The notes under the pieces: model-generated
Told to the model about the DNA's origin: nothing
The model's input: the letters and a program-made list of their open reading frames with translations, nothing else
Databases searched by the model: none
Shown: piece by piece, positions 38,794 through 45,606 of the stretch
Numbering within the stretch: position 1 is the first letter of the stretch
Layout of the letters: each line of letters starts with the position of its first letter
Virus record (IMG/VR): IMGVR_UViG_3300021963_000067
Span: 30,778 to 94,777 of that record
Direction: 5' to 3' (one strand)
DNA from: a virus
DNA: 64,000 nt
Made by a program: the position numbers and the translations under genes

Positions 38794-39540
38794 TTACTTT
38801 GAAAATACCATAATGTTATACAGCGAATTGTTGTTGATATATCGTGTCTCGTCGCCTAATAAGCAATCGAACAGTATGCCCGACTCATCTATATCCGCCA
38901 TAATGTACTTGCTTATTGCGCAAGCCATTCTAACATTTTTTGTTATGTTTTGAACGTAGTTCAATTTAAACCCTTGATCGGCATAAAGATTAATATTAAC
39001 AGGATCAGGACTAGCCTGTATTAGAAGTCCGCCTGGCTCTAACAACCGATAGGCTTCTTTAATATAATTTTCAAACGGATCATAATAGGCTGTTGCTTCT
39101 ACTGTTATAATTGCATCTACACTATTGTTTGCCAGTGGTACAGCCAATGCTGATCCTGTTAAAAATTCTACATCCTTAATAGCATTTTGGCAAAGACTTA
39201 TGTGATTGGGATTTAAATCAACACCTATTAGTTTATTAAACTTATAGTGTTCTTTGATAAATGCCAGTCCACCGCCTTTACCGCAACTTAAATCTAGTAA
39301 AGTTCCTTGATCAGCATGCCGATCAATACGTGCAACGTCAAGACATTTCTTGTAAAGTTGAGCTTGGTATCGCCAAGGTTGAAATTGTTCAGCAAGTTCA
39401 TTATCAGTAGAGACTGTTGGGAATCCGTGTTGATCCAATTCAACATATCCATCATTCATAAAACCGAATCCAGGAATAGACGAAAAGAATCGATTGTACT
39501 TTTCTACTGTATCTAGTTCAAACTGGTTGTAGTTATCCAT
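38794..39540 (-). CDS. Class I SAM-dependent methyltransferase
   Basis: FMNDGY, LDLSCGKGGG, GVDLN, RLLEPGG. Confidence 0.88.
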   Translation of the reverse strand: MDNYNQFELDTVEKYNRFFSSIPGFGFMNDGYVELDQHGFPTVSTDNELAEQFQPWRYQAQLYKKCLDVARIDRHADQGTLLDLSCGKGGGLAFIKEHYKFNKLIGVDLNPNHISLCQNAIKDVEFLTGSALAVPLANNSVDAIITVEATAYYDPFENYIKEAYRLLEPGGLLIQASPDPVNINLYADQGFKLNYVQNITKNVRMACAISKYIMADIDESGILFDCLLGDETRYINNNSLYNIMVFSK

Positions 39541-39543
39541 ACT

Positions 39544-40161
39544 TTAGATCTTTTTAGCTGCCAATTTAACATCCCAAGCAAGGATAGTTCTTGATCCTCG
39601 ACCTTTCCACGGATACACTGTATGAGGAATGTAGCTAGGGAAGATAATCATCTTCATAGGATTGGGGGTGAACCGCCATTGGTCAACAAAGATAAAATGT
39701 CCAGGATTGCGGATAACAGGAAGCCTGAACTCGATCACAGCATCTGATATATTGTCAGTTAAATCCAGCTCTGGAACATCGATATAGATGTTGCCGCTGA
39801 TATGTGCTTCATGACTATGCAGAGCTTGATAATCGCCTGCTGTCTGTCGGATAGTCCAAGCAGACACAAGTACTGGCTGAAAAGCAGCGAGATCATTTCT
39901 GCCACTTTGTTTTGCCTGCGCATCTAGATATTCTTGACATTGTGCCTCAACGTATCGTTTGATATGTCCAATATCTAGATTAAATTCATTTGGTAATAGC
40001 TGAATTTGCTGTCCTCCACGAATGCTAATAGCAGGATTGCCTGCATCATTAAGTTCTGACTTAGTGTGTGCAGTATCTACTATGTTTTTTAAATTAGTGA
40101 ATACATCTGCTGGTACATCAGCAACTGCCATTACCGTGGGATTAAAATATGCAAATTTCAT
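39544..40161 (-). CDS. Putative 2OG-Fe(II) oxygenase (TIGR02466-like)
   Basis: SAW......YQALHSH, SGNIY, FPSYIPHTVYP....R. Confidence 0.85.
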   Translation of the reverse strand: MKFAYFNPTVMAVADVPADVFTNLKNIVDTAHTKSELNDAGNPAISIRGGQQIQLLPNEFNLDIGHIKRYVEAQCQEYLDAQAKQSGRNDLAAFQPVLVSAWTIRQTAGDYQALHSHEAHISGNIYIDVPELDLTDNISDAVIEFRLPVIRNPGHFIFVDQWRFTPNPMKMIIFPSYIPHTVYPWKGRGSRTILAWDVKLAAKKI

Positions 40162-40175
40162 CTATTACCTATATA

Positions 40176-40249
40176 TGGTGCCCCTACACAGAATCGAACT
40201 GCAAATTACGGATTACAAAACCGTCGTTATACCATTTAACTATAAGGGC
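40176..40249 (-). tRNA. tRNA-Thr(TGT)
   Basis: Loop TT-TGT-AA, ACCA. Confidence 0.88.
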
Positions 40250-40259
40250 TTAAAAACTG

Positions 40260-40335
40260 TGGTGGAAGTGGTCGGGATCGAACCGACTACCTACTGCTTG
40301 CAAAGCAGCCGCTCTCCCAAATGAGCTACACCCCC
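40260..40335 (-). tRNA. tRNA-Ala(TGC)
   Basis: TGC, G3:U70, ACCA. Confidence 0.93.
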
Positions 40336-40341
40336 AACTTA

Positions 40342-40593
40342 TTACTTATTATCTAATTGCTGAGCCTGATACTTTTCTTGAGCTTCTTTTAACTGTTGCT
40401 CATTTAGCCCATGCCATCCAATACAATCACCTGTCGGCGAACGACCGCATCCGCATGTACCAATTTTACCTTCTAGATTTGCTCTAACCTGCATGTCCTT
40501 GTCCTTTTTAAAAATTGTGTCCCAGTTATTGTCAAAAGTTTTTAGAGGAACACTAAATGGTCTTGCTCTAGAACCCTTTCCACCGTCTGCCAT
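40342..40593 (-). CDS. Small protein with CDGSH-like Fe-S/Zn finger
   Basis: CGCGRSPTGDCIGWH; internal RBS and ATG at MQVRA. Confidence 0.65.
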   Translation of the reverse strand: MADGGKGSRARPFSVPLKTFDNNWDTIFKKDKDMQVRANLEGKIGTCGCGRSPTGDCIGWHGLNEQQLKEAQEKYQAQQLDNK

Positions 40594-40770
40594 TTAATTC
40601 CCCTGCGGACCTGATGGACGTTTTTCACGCTTAGGCTGTACAGCCGCACACAGTTCTGCATCGATCATTGCACGTTTCCATGCATTGCGATCTTCTACAT
40701 TTCGAAATCCTGTAGACGCTAACATCATTTTAGTTAGGCTACTCATTTTATAAGTCTTAGTGGGTTTCAT
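40594..40770 (-). CDS. Small hypothetical protein (MKPTKTYKMSSLTKMML...), not in ORF track
   Basis: 58 aa, AAGGT RBS, stop abuts the next start. Confidence 0.7.
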   Translation of the reverse strand: MKPTKTYKMSSLTKMMLASTGFRNVEDRNAWKRAMIDAELCAAVQPKREKRPSGPQGN

Positions 40771-40790
40771 ATTTTACCTTTTTAATTAAC

Positions 40791-40880
40791 TGGTGGAGAG
40801 CCAGGGAGTCGAACCCTGTGAGCGTATTACTACACTCTACAGATTAGCAATCTGCTGCATTACCATCCTGCCCGCTCTCC
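40791..40880 (-). tRNA. tRNA-Ser(GCT)
   Basis: Long variable arm, GCT, CCA. Confidence 0.92.
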
Positions 40881-40887
40881 TAACTTC

Positions 40888-40963
40888 TGGTGGGTCCTGA
40901 CAGTCTCGAACTGCCGACATTCTGCGTGTAAGGCAGACGCTCTACCAACTGAGCTAAGGACCC
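40888..40963 (-). tRNA. tRNA-Val(TAC)
   Basis: Cloverleaf, TAC, ACCA. Confidence 0.93.
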
Positions 40964-40975
40964 TTCCTTTTATTC

Positions 40976-41058
40976 TGGTGCCCCAAGAGAGACTCGAACT
41001 CTCACGCACTAGGCACTGGCTTCTAAGACCAGCGTGTCTACCATTCCACCATCGGGGC
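40976..41058 (-). tRNA. tRNA-Leu(TAG)
   Basis: Variable arm, TAG, ACCA. Confidence 0.93.
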
Positions 41059-41080
41059 AAATTTCTAACTAACAATATAC

Positions 41081-41109
41081 ATTATATAGTCTAACTACAG
41101 AGTTGTCAA
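41081..41109 (-). promoter_or_regulatory. Internal sigma70 promoter in the tRNA array
   Basis: TTGACA-17-TATAAT. Confidence 0.85.
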
Positions 41110-41138
41110 CAACTTTGTGAAAAATATATAAAATAATT

Positions 41139-41230
41139 TGGTACCAGCGGAGGGAATCGAACCCTCTCAAGAACGCTAATCTGGCGCTAAAAGTCTTATA
41201 AGGACTCTCTGACTACCAAGTCTCGCTGGC
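41139..41230 (-). tRNA. Non-canonical tRNA with TAT anticodon (nominally Ile, reads AUA)
   Basis: Acceptor GCCAGCG/CGCTGGT, mini D-arm GACT-TGGT-AGTC, extended anticodon stem, loop CT-TAT-AA, long V-arm. Confidence 0.75.
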
Positions 41231-41238
41231 ATTAATTT

Positions 41239-41322
41239 TGGTACGACTGGAGAGACTCGAACCCTCAATCCCGAAGGCGGCAGATTTTAAGTCTGCTGTG
41301 TATACCATTCCACCACAGTCGC
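41239..41322 (-). tRNA. tRNA-Leu(TAA)
   Basis: Variable arm, TAA, ACCA. Confidence 0.92.
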
Positions 41323-41326
41323 ATTT

Positions 41327-41402
41327 TGGTACCAACTTGAGGGATCGAACCTCATTCCACGGTGCTTCAAACCGTTGCTATGACCACATCAGCTAAGTTG
41401 GC
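41327..41402 (-). tRNA. tRNA-Phe(GAA)
   Basis: Loop TT-GAA-GC, ACCA. Confidence 0.9.
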
Positions 41403-41406
41403 AAAT

Positions 41407-41480
41407 TGGGGTGAAGGGGAGAATCGAACTCTCTCTTACTGTTTCACAGACAGCCGTGCAGCCATTACACTACCAACACC
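41407..41480 (-). tRNA. tRNA-His(GTG)
   Basis: G-1:C73, GTG; two U:U mismatches in acceptor. Confidence 0.85.
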
Positions 41481-41642
41481 ATTGACCTTTTCCAACACAT
41501 CCTTACGCATAAGGAACTGTCGTTGATTGTCAGGACGATGAACTAAAAGATATTCAACGCCATCTATATTATGAAGTTGACGAGAGTCTTCGCAGACTAC
41601 TCGTTCGTTGTTTAAACGATTTTTAAAAGTAATAGGTTTCAT
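41436..41642 (-). CDS. Small hypothetical protein (MKPITFKNR...) reading into tRNA-His
   Basis: AAGGAG RBS; stop lies inside tRNA-His. Confidence 0.7.
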   Translation of the reverse strand: MKPITFKNRLNNERVVCEDSRQLHNIDGVEYLLVHRPDNQRQFLMRKDVLEKVNGVGSVMAARLSVKQ

Positions 41643-41659
41643 TTTATATCTCCTTGTAA

Positions 41660-41734
41660 TGGCCGGTCCGGAGAGATTCGAACTCCCGACAGCTGGTTTC
41701 GAAGACCAGAACTCTTCCACTGAGCTACGGACCG
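41660..41734 (-). tRNA. tRNA-Arg(TCG)
   Basis: Loop CT-TCG-AA, GCCA. Confidence 0.92.
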
Positions 41735-41739
41735 ATGTA

Positions 41740-41813
41740 TGGCAGAGGGTGAAGGAATCGAACCTTCAATGACGGAATCAAAATCCGTAGTTATACCATT
41801 TAACTAACCCCCA
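41740..41813 (-). tRNA. tRNA-Gln(TTG)
   Basis: Loop TT-TTG-AT, GCCA. Confidence 0.9.
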
Positions 41814-41819
41814 ACAATT

Positions 41820-41894
41820 TGGTGGTAATGGAAAGAGTTGAACTTTCACTGGGCACCGTATGAAGGTGTTGCACTACCGTTATGCTACATTACC
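41820..41894 (-). tRNA. tRNA-Met(CAT), elongator-type (Ile2 not excluded)
   Basis: Paired G1-C72, loop TT-CAT-AC. Confidence 0.85.
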
Positions 41895-41986
41895 ATAAGT
41901 AAACACACTAGCCGCCGCAGATCCGCAACGCCGCAGGCTAGGCCCTAAGGAACTATGTCCGTTCTTTCACTAATGTGTTTGCTTAT
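41895..41986 (-). ncRNA. Stem-closed structured spacer RNA
   Basis: Inverted ends ATAAGTAAACAC/GTGTTTGCTTAT around a GC-rich core. Confidence 0.5.
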
Positions 41987-42060
41987 GGTAGGGGCACAGA
42001 GAATCGAACTCTGATTAATAGGTTAAAAGCCTACTACTTTAGCCGTTAAGTTATACCCCC
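41986..42060 (-). tRNA. tRNA-Lys(TTT)
   Basis: Loop CT-TTT-AA, ACCA. Confidence 0.9.
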
Positions 42061-42111
42061 GTCATCTTATCACTCTTGTCACTAGTCATGACAGATCTCC
42101 TTTAAAAAAAT

Positions 42112-42186
42112 TGGTAGCCTATCTTGGGAACGATCCAAGGACCACCGCCTTATCAAGACGGTGCTCTACCACTGAGCTAATAGGCT
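42112..42186 (-). tRNA. tRNA-Ile(GAT)
   Basis: Loop TT-GAT-AA, ACCA. Confidence 0.92.
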
Positions 42187-42195
42187 GTATTAGGC

Positions 42196-42303
42196 GGACG
42201 AATCATTATCACTGCCACGCCCAGGTCATTCGGCAGGGGTACGCCACTTGGCGGTTAGGAAAGGTAACCCGTGTGCATTTAACACTGCTCAAATGATTCG
42301 TCC
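42196..42303 (-). ncRNA. Stem-closed structured RNA
   Basis: Perfect 12-bp closing stem GGACGAATCATT/AATGATTCGTCC; internal CTGCC/GGCAG and CGCCA/TGGCG. Confidence 0.6.
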
Positions 42304-42308
42304 ATGGT

Positions 42309-42398
42309 TGGTGGAAGCGGTGAGATTCGAACTCACGGACCCTTTCGGATCGTCTGTTTTCAAGACAGGTGCAATAAACCGGACTCTGCCACACTTCC
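42309..42398 (-). tRNA. tRNA-Ser(TGA)
   Basis: Long variable arm, TGA, CCA. Confidence 0.93.
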
Positions 42399-42403
42399 GT
42401 AAT

Positions 42404-42483
42404 TGGTACCCCAGGCGGGAGTTGAACCCGCAGTAAATTTCTCCTTTTGAGAGAGACGACTTTGCCAATTTGTCCACTGGGGC
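42404..42483 (-). tRNA. tRNA-Leu(CAA)
   Basis: Loop CT-CAA-AA; short variable region. Confidence 0.88.
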
Positions 42484-42538
42484 GAAAAAGAAAAACTCCT
42501 GCGTAATGACTATGTCTTAGAAGCAGGAGCCGTGTTGT

Positions 42539-42616
42539 TGGAGTGGCGGGTCAGATTTGAACTGACGGTTTTACGGATTTGCAATCCGTTGCAATGGGCC
42601 TCTCTGCCACCGCCAC
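42539..42616 (-). tRNA. tRNA-Cys(GCA)
   Basis: GCA, U73, CCA. Confidence 0.9.
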
Positions 42617-42617
42617 A

Positions 42618-43271
42618 TTAAATTTTAGATATTTTAAAACCGTAGAGTTTGCTTTGTATAACCTCTGGCAAAAAATTCATGCTCATTGTAATTCTAGGAA
42701 CATCAACCGGAGGTTGATAATACCCGTGCATAATTTCGCTAGGCCATATTAACAAATCCCCTTGCTCTACCTGTGCAGAACGATAGGGATCAGTATACGG
42801 AGTGCTAACATCGGGCTCAATTTCTATCATTGCCTTACGCAAAGAAGCAGGAGTCCTAGGGTTATGAAAATCTAATCCCACGTGTTTACTAGGATCTACT
42901 TGCACATAGTAAGTCGCACTGATTAACGAGTTATTATGTACATGAGGATTTTGTCTACCGCCTAGATTAGAATTAACCCAGACATTAAGATCTACAAATT
43001 CTCTGTGGGAAATTCCCAAAAATTTTTCAGCATAATCGCTTACACAAGATCTCACCCAGGCCATAAACTCTGGAAGCTCTTGTGTAGGAAATTTACCGTC
43101 ATTGTAATAGTGAAGAAATCCGTCTTCTGTGTGCTCCTGATTGTCATCGGGGCACTTGTCAACTATGTCTAAAATCTGTTGACGTAAAAGTACATGATCA
43201 TCTCTCCTGTATTTGGCAACTGCCACAGGGAAAAGATCTAGATGTCCTGCAAAATTTTCATTCATACTCAT
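42618..43271 (-). CDS. Putative 2OG-Fe(II) oxygenase (TIGR02466-like)
   Basis: WVN.....Q.PHVHNNS.ISATYY, WPS...H......R.TMSMN. Confidence 0.85.
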   Translation of the reverse strand: MSMNENFAGHLDLFPVAVAKYRRDDHVLLRQQILDIVDKCPDDNQEHTEDGFLHYYNDGKFPTQELPEFMAWVRSCVSDYAEKFLGISHREFVDLNVWVNSNLGGRQNPHVHNNSLISATYYVQVDPSKHVGLDFHNPRTPASLRKAMIEIEPDVSTPYTDPYRSAQVEQGDLLIWPSEIMHGYYQPPVDVPRITMSMNFLPEVIQSKLYGFKISKI

Positions 43272-43286
43272 ACTTATTATTCTATT

Positions 43287-43361
43287 TGGTACACCGTAGG
43301 AGAATCGAACTCCTCTTGCCGGGATGAAAACCCGGAGTCCTGACCGATAGACGAACGGTGC
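43287..43361 (-). tRNA. tRNA-Glu(TTC)
   Basis: Loop TT-TTC-AT, CCA. Confidence 0.9.
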
Positions 43362-43367
43362 ATAAAT

Positions 43368-43441
43368 TGGCGTACCCCCAGAGACTCGAACTCCGACGAA
43401 CAGTTTTGGAGACTGCTATGCTGCCATTACATTAGGGATAC
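43368..43441 (-). tRNA. tRNA-Trp(CCA)
   Basis: Loop CT-CCA-AA, GCCA. Confidence 0.9.
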
Positions 43442-43447
43442 ATTGTT

Positions 43448-43523
43448 TGGCTGGCAAACCTGGGCTCGAACCAGGGACATTTCGGTTAACAGCCGAACGC
43501 TCTACCAACTGAGCTATATGCCA
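43448..43523 (-). tRNA. tRNA-Asn(GTT)
   Basis: Loop CT-GTT-AA, GCCA. Confidence 0.92.
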
Positions 43524-44023
43524 ATATTTCTTTTCGCTAGATTTTTCAATCTAACATTTCTACCTCTAAAGGTGGGCGTTTGACTATGACAGTTTGGACA
43601 CAAGATTTTTAAATTTTCAATCTTGTTGTTATCTCTAACACCATCAATATGCTCCAGTTCTAAGCTCAACGGTTTTCCGTTGTACTCATTCCCGCAACCA
43701 CACCCTTCACAGGTATAATCTCTTTCATGTAGCAATCGCTTACGTAATGCACCATGATGCATTTCTTCATACGGTCTGTTCCATGATGTTTTTAAATTAG
43801 CTTCTTGGACTTTTTTCTGATGGGCATCAAAATCATATTTTAACATTTTTTCTTTGTTAAAATCTTTTCTGCCTTGTTCATCAAATTGAGACCAGAAATC
43901 TAAAGATTTTGTTCTTTTCTTTTCTATAGCAGACTCGCTAAACACTCTACTGTTAGCACACGTTCTACTACAAAATTTTCCATTGAGCTCATGCTCTTTG
44001 CTACACTTAGGACATATTTTCAT
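43514..44023 (-). CDS. HNH endonuclease (free-standing homing-type)
   Basis: CPKC...FCSRTC; CEGC...LELEHIDG...NN...NL..LCPNCH. Confidence 0.9.
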   Translation of the reverse strand: MKICPKCSKEHELNGKFCSRTCANSRVFSESAIEKKRTKSLDFWSQFDEQGRKDFNKEKMLKYDFDAHQKKVQEANLKTSWNRPYEEMHHGALRKRLLHERDYTCEGCGCGNEYNGKPLSLELEHIDGVRDNNKIENLKILCPNCHSQTPTFRGRNVRLKNLAKRNIGI

Positions 44024-44078
44024 AATATCGAACCTCCGATACTATTTAGCAAGTATGTCCTTGGTTCAAGAATAAACT

Positions 44079-44153
44079 TGGCGACTCGACGGGGAATCGA
44101 ACCCCGATAATCGGATAGACAATCCGAAGTAATGACCTTTATACGATCGAGCC
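44079..44153 (-). tRNA. tRNA-Asp(GTC)
   Basis: Loop TT-GTC-TA (pyrimidine at 37), GCCA. Confidence 0.9.
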
Positions 44154-44162
44154 AAAAAATTG

Positions 44163-44357
44163 TTAAGCAACGCCACGAAGGGTGATACGACACCTTTCCT
44201 GGCCACCATATTGTGCTTCTGCAATACGAACAGCATCGCCTGATGTCTGAGCAGTAATTACAGTTTCAAATTGGCGAAGACTCTCAGTTTGGAAAGCACC
44301 ACTGGTACCTTCACCGGTATAAGAACCTACTTCAACATAAACACGATACGATTGCAT
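44163..44357 (-). CDS. Small hypothetical protein (MQSYRVYVEV...)
   Basis: AAAGGAA RBS, own promoter. Confidence 0.75.
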   Translation of the reverse strand: MQSYRVYVEVGSYTGEGTSGAFQTESLRQFETVITAQTSGDAVRIAEAQYGGQERCRITLRGVA

Positions 44358-44387
44358 TTGGTTTCCTTTTAAGTTCACAGTATTAAT

Positions 44388-44416
44388 AGTATAACACCAA
44401 TCTAGAAAAAAGTCAA
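44388..44416 (-). promoter_or_regulatory. Sigma70 promoter
   Basis: TTGACT-17-TATACT. Confidence 0.75.
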
Positions 44417-44425
44417 CCATTATTT

Positions 44426-44514
44426 TGGTGGAAGTGGTAGGATTCGAACCTACAATGTTTCTTATGTGGCGGATTTACAGTCCGTTGCCTTCAACCAATT
44501 CAGCGCACACTTCC
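44426..44514 (-). tRNA. tRNA-Tyr(GTA)
   Basis: Variable arm, loop CT-GTA-AA, ACCA. Confidence 0.92.
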
Positions 44515-44522
44515 AATTTGTT

Positions 44523-44735
44523 CACACTCTCCGCTATGCTTTTAGACACCGTTCAAAGGTGAATGGAGAGTGTGTATTAAAGCATACTCGGCTTGTGGCC
44601 TTATCCCCTAAACATTCTAGTTTCGGAATATGCTTTAATACGCTACCATTTTTCTCTCCACAAAAGGAGTTCCATCCGGTAGGCCGCCCGTTTGTCCATG
44701 TTTTAAGTGCAGACTGGGACCTCGTTTCCCTTAAC
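44523..44735 (-). ncRNA. Tandem stem-closed structured RNAs
   Basis: CACACTCTCC/GGAGAGTGTG (44523-44574), GTATTAAAGCATA/TATGCTTTAATAC (44574-44641), then a GC-rich segment. Confidence 0.5.
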
Positions 44736-44745
44736 ACTTTTGCTA

Positions 44746-44919
44746 TTAATTTACGCTAAACGTTGGTAATTTTGCCAACGATTCGCGATATATTCTAGCA
44801 CGTTCAAACTTATCTTGAATAAGTTTTTGAAGTTGTTCTTGAGTCATTTCCCCAAAAGCAGTTTCATAAGCCTGTTCAACAATTCGTTCGTTTAATTTTT
44901 CGTAATTTATATCTATCAT
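44746..44919 (-). CDS. Small hypothetical protein (MIDINYEKLNERIVEQAYE...), not in ORF track
   Basis: 57 aa, AAAGGAA RBS immediately after the terminator. Confidence 0.7.
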   Translation of the reverse strand: MIDINYEKLNERIVEQAYETAFGEMTQEQLQKLIQDKFERARIYRESLAKLPTFSVN

Positions 44920-44931
44920 TTTTCCTTTGCT

Positions 44932-44968
44932 AAAAACAAAAAACCCCAGGGTTTTAATCCTAGGGTCC
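44932..44968 (-). terminator. Intrinsic terminator / attenuator hairpin
   Basis: GGACCCTAGG-loop-CCTGGGGTTT followed by TTTGTTTTT. Confidence 0.85.
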
Positions 44969-44994
44969 TTGAAGTTTGCGGTGTATGTTTTACT

Positions 44995-45141
44995 TTACAC
45001 TACGGTCTCCCGGACCCTGCGAATCTCTGGTGTGCGATCATATGATAGACTTCCACACTCAATAGATAACCAATTGGAGGCTATAAAGCCTGCCTGTTTG
45101 GGCATCGTATTAAATTGTTGATGTCTAACGTTTGATTGCAT
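44995..45141 (-). CDS. Putative attenuator leader peptide (48 aa, all 20 amino acids)
   Basis: MQSNVRHQQFNTMPKQAGFIASNWLSIECGSLSYDRTPEIRRVRETVV*; contains AGGGTCC complementary to the terminator 5' arm. Confidence 0.7.
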   Translation of the reverse strand: MQSNVRHQQFNTMPKQAGFIASNWLSIECGSLSYDRTPEIRRVRETVV

Positions 45142-45190
45142 TTTGCTTTCTTTTTCCTTTTATAGGCAGCACCTTGCTGTCTATGTTTTA

Positions 45191-45304
45191 ATTATACAGT
45201 TATTTAGTCTCTGTGTCAACCCCTATTTGCATTTCTGGCAAAAAAGTTTTGACGCCTTCCTAATCAACTGTGTGTATTATATTGTCTTTTTATTTATGTG
45301 TCAA
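45191..45304 (-). promoter_or_regulatory. Two tandem consensus sigma70 promoters at the head of the tRNA array
   Basis: TTGACA-17-TATAAT at 45191-45219 and 45276-45304, each with TAAATA in the spacer. Confidence 0.88.
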
Positions 45305-45342
45305 CTAAAATATGGCCACATAATGTGGCTTTTTTACAACAT

Positions 45343-45597
45343 TTAATCAATCGGGGTCTCGCCACTGATTAAAATATGTTTGCCAATTTCAAAAAGACCA
45401 ACACTACCTGGCAGGTCCATTGCTGCCACATGTATTTGGCAAATGCCATCATTGTCAATGCTTGCGGCTACAAATTCTTTTATGCTACCATCTTCAACTT
45501 CTTTTTTAATAAACTCAAGAACTTCAAGCATGGCCTTCTTTTGTTCTTCTTCTTGAATCTGTTCTTTGCGTCTAGTATTAATGCTAACGACTTCCAT
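45343..45597 (-). CDS. Hypothetical protein
   Basis: 84-aa ORF in gene run. Confidence 0.75.
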   Translation of the reverse strand: MEVVSINTRRKEQIQEEEQKKAMLEVLEFIKKEVEDGSIKEFVAASIDNDGICQIHVAAMDLPGSVGLFEIGKHILISGETPID

Positions 45598-45606
45598 GTT
45601 TAACCT

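Noticed and set aside
40176-40249. Reading this tRNA as Tyr(GTA)
   Set aside because: Stem register centres TGT; it has a short variable loop, and a true tRNA-Tyr exists at 44426
40860-42477. ORF-track entries overlapping tRNAs (40860, 42111, 42209, 42248, 42289 and the N-terminal extension of 41436)
   Set aside because: Incidental frames through tRNA genes
37338-44745. Hammerhead, twister or pistol ribozymes in the spacers
   Set aside because: Core consensus sequences not found by eye; needs a covariance-model search
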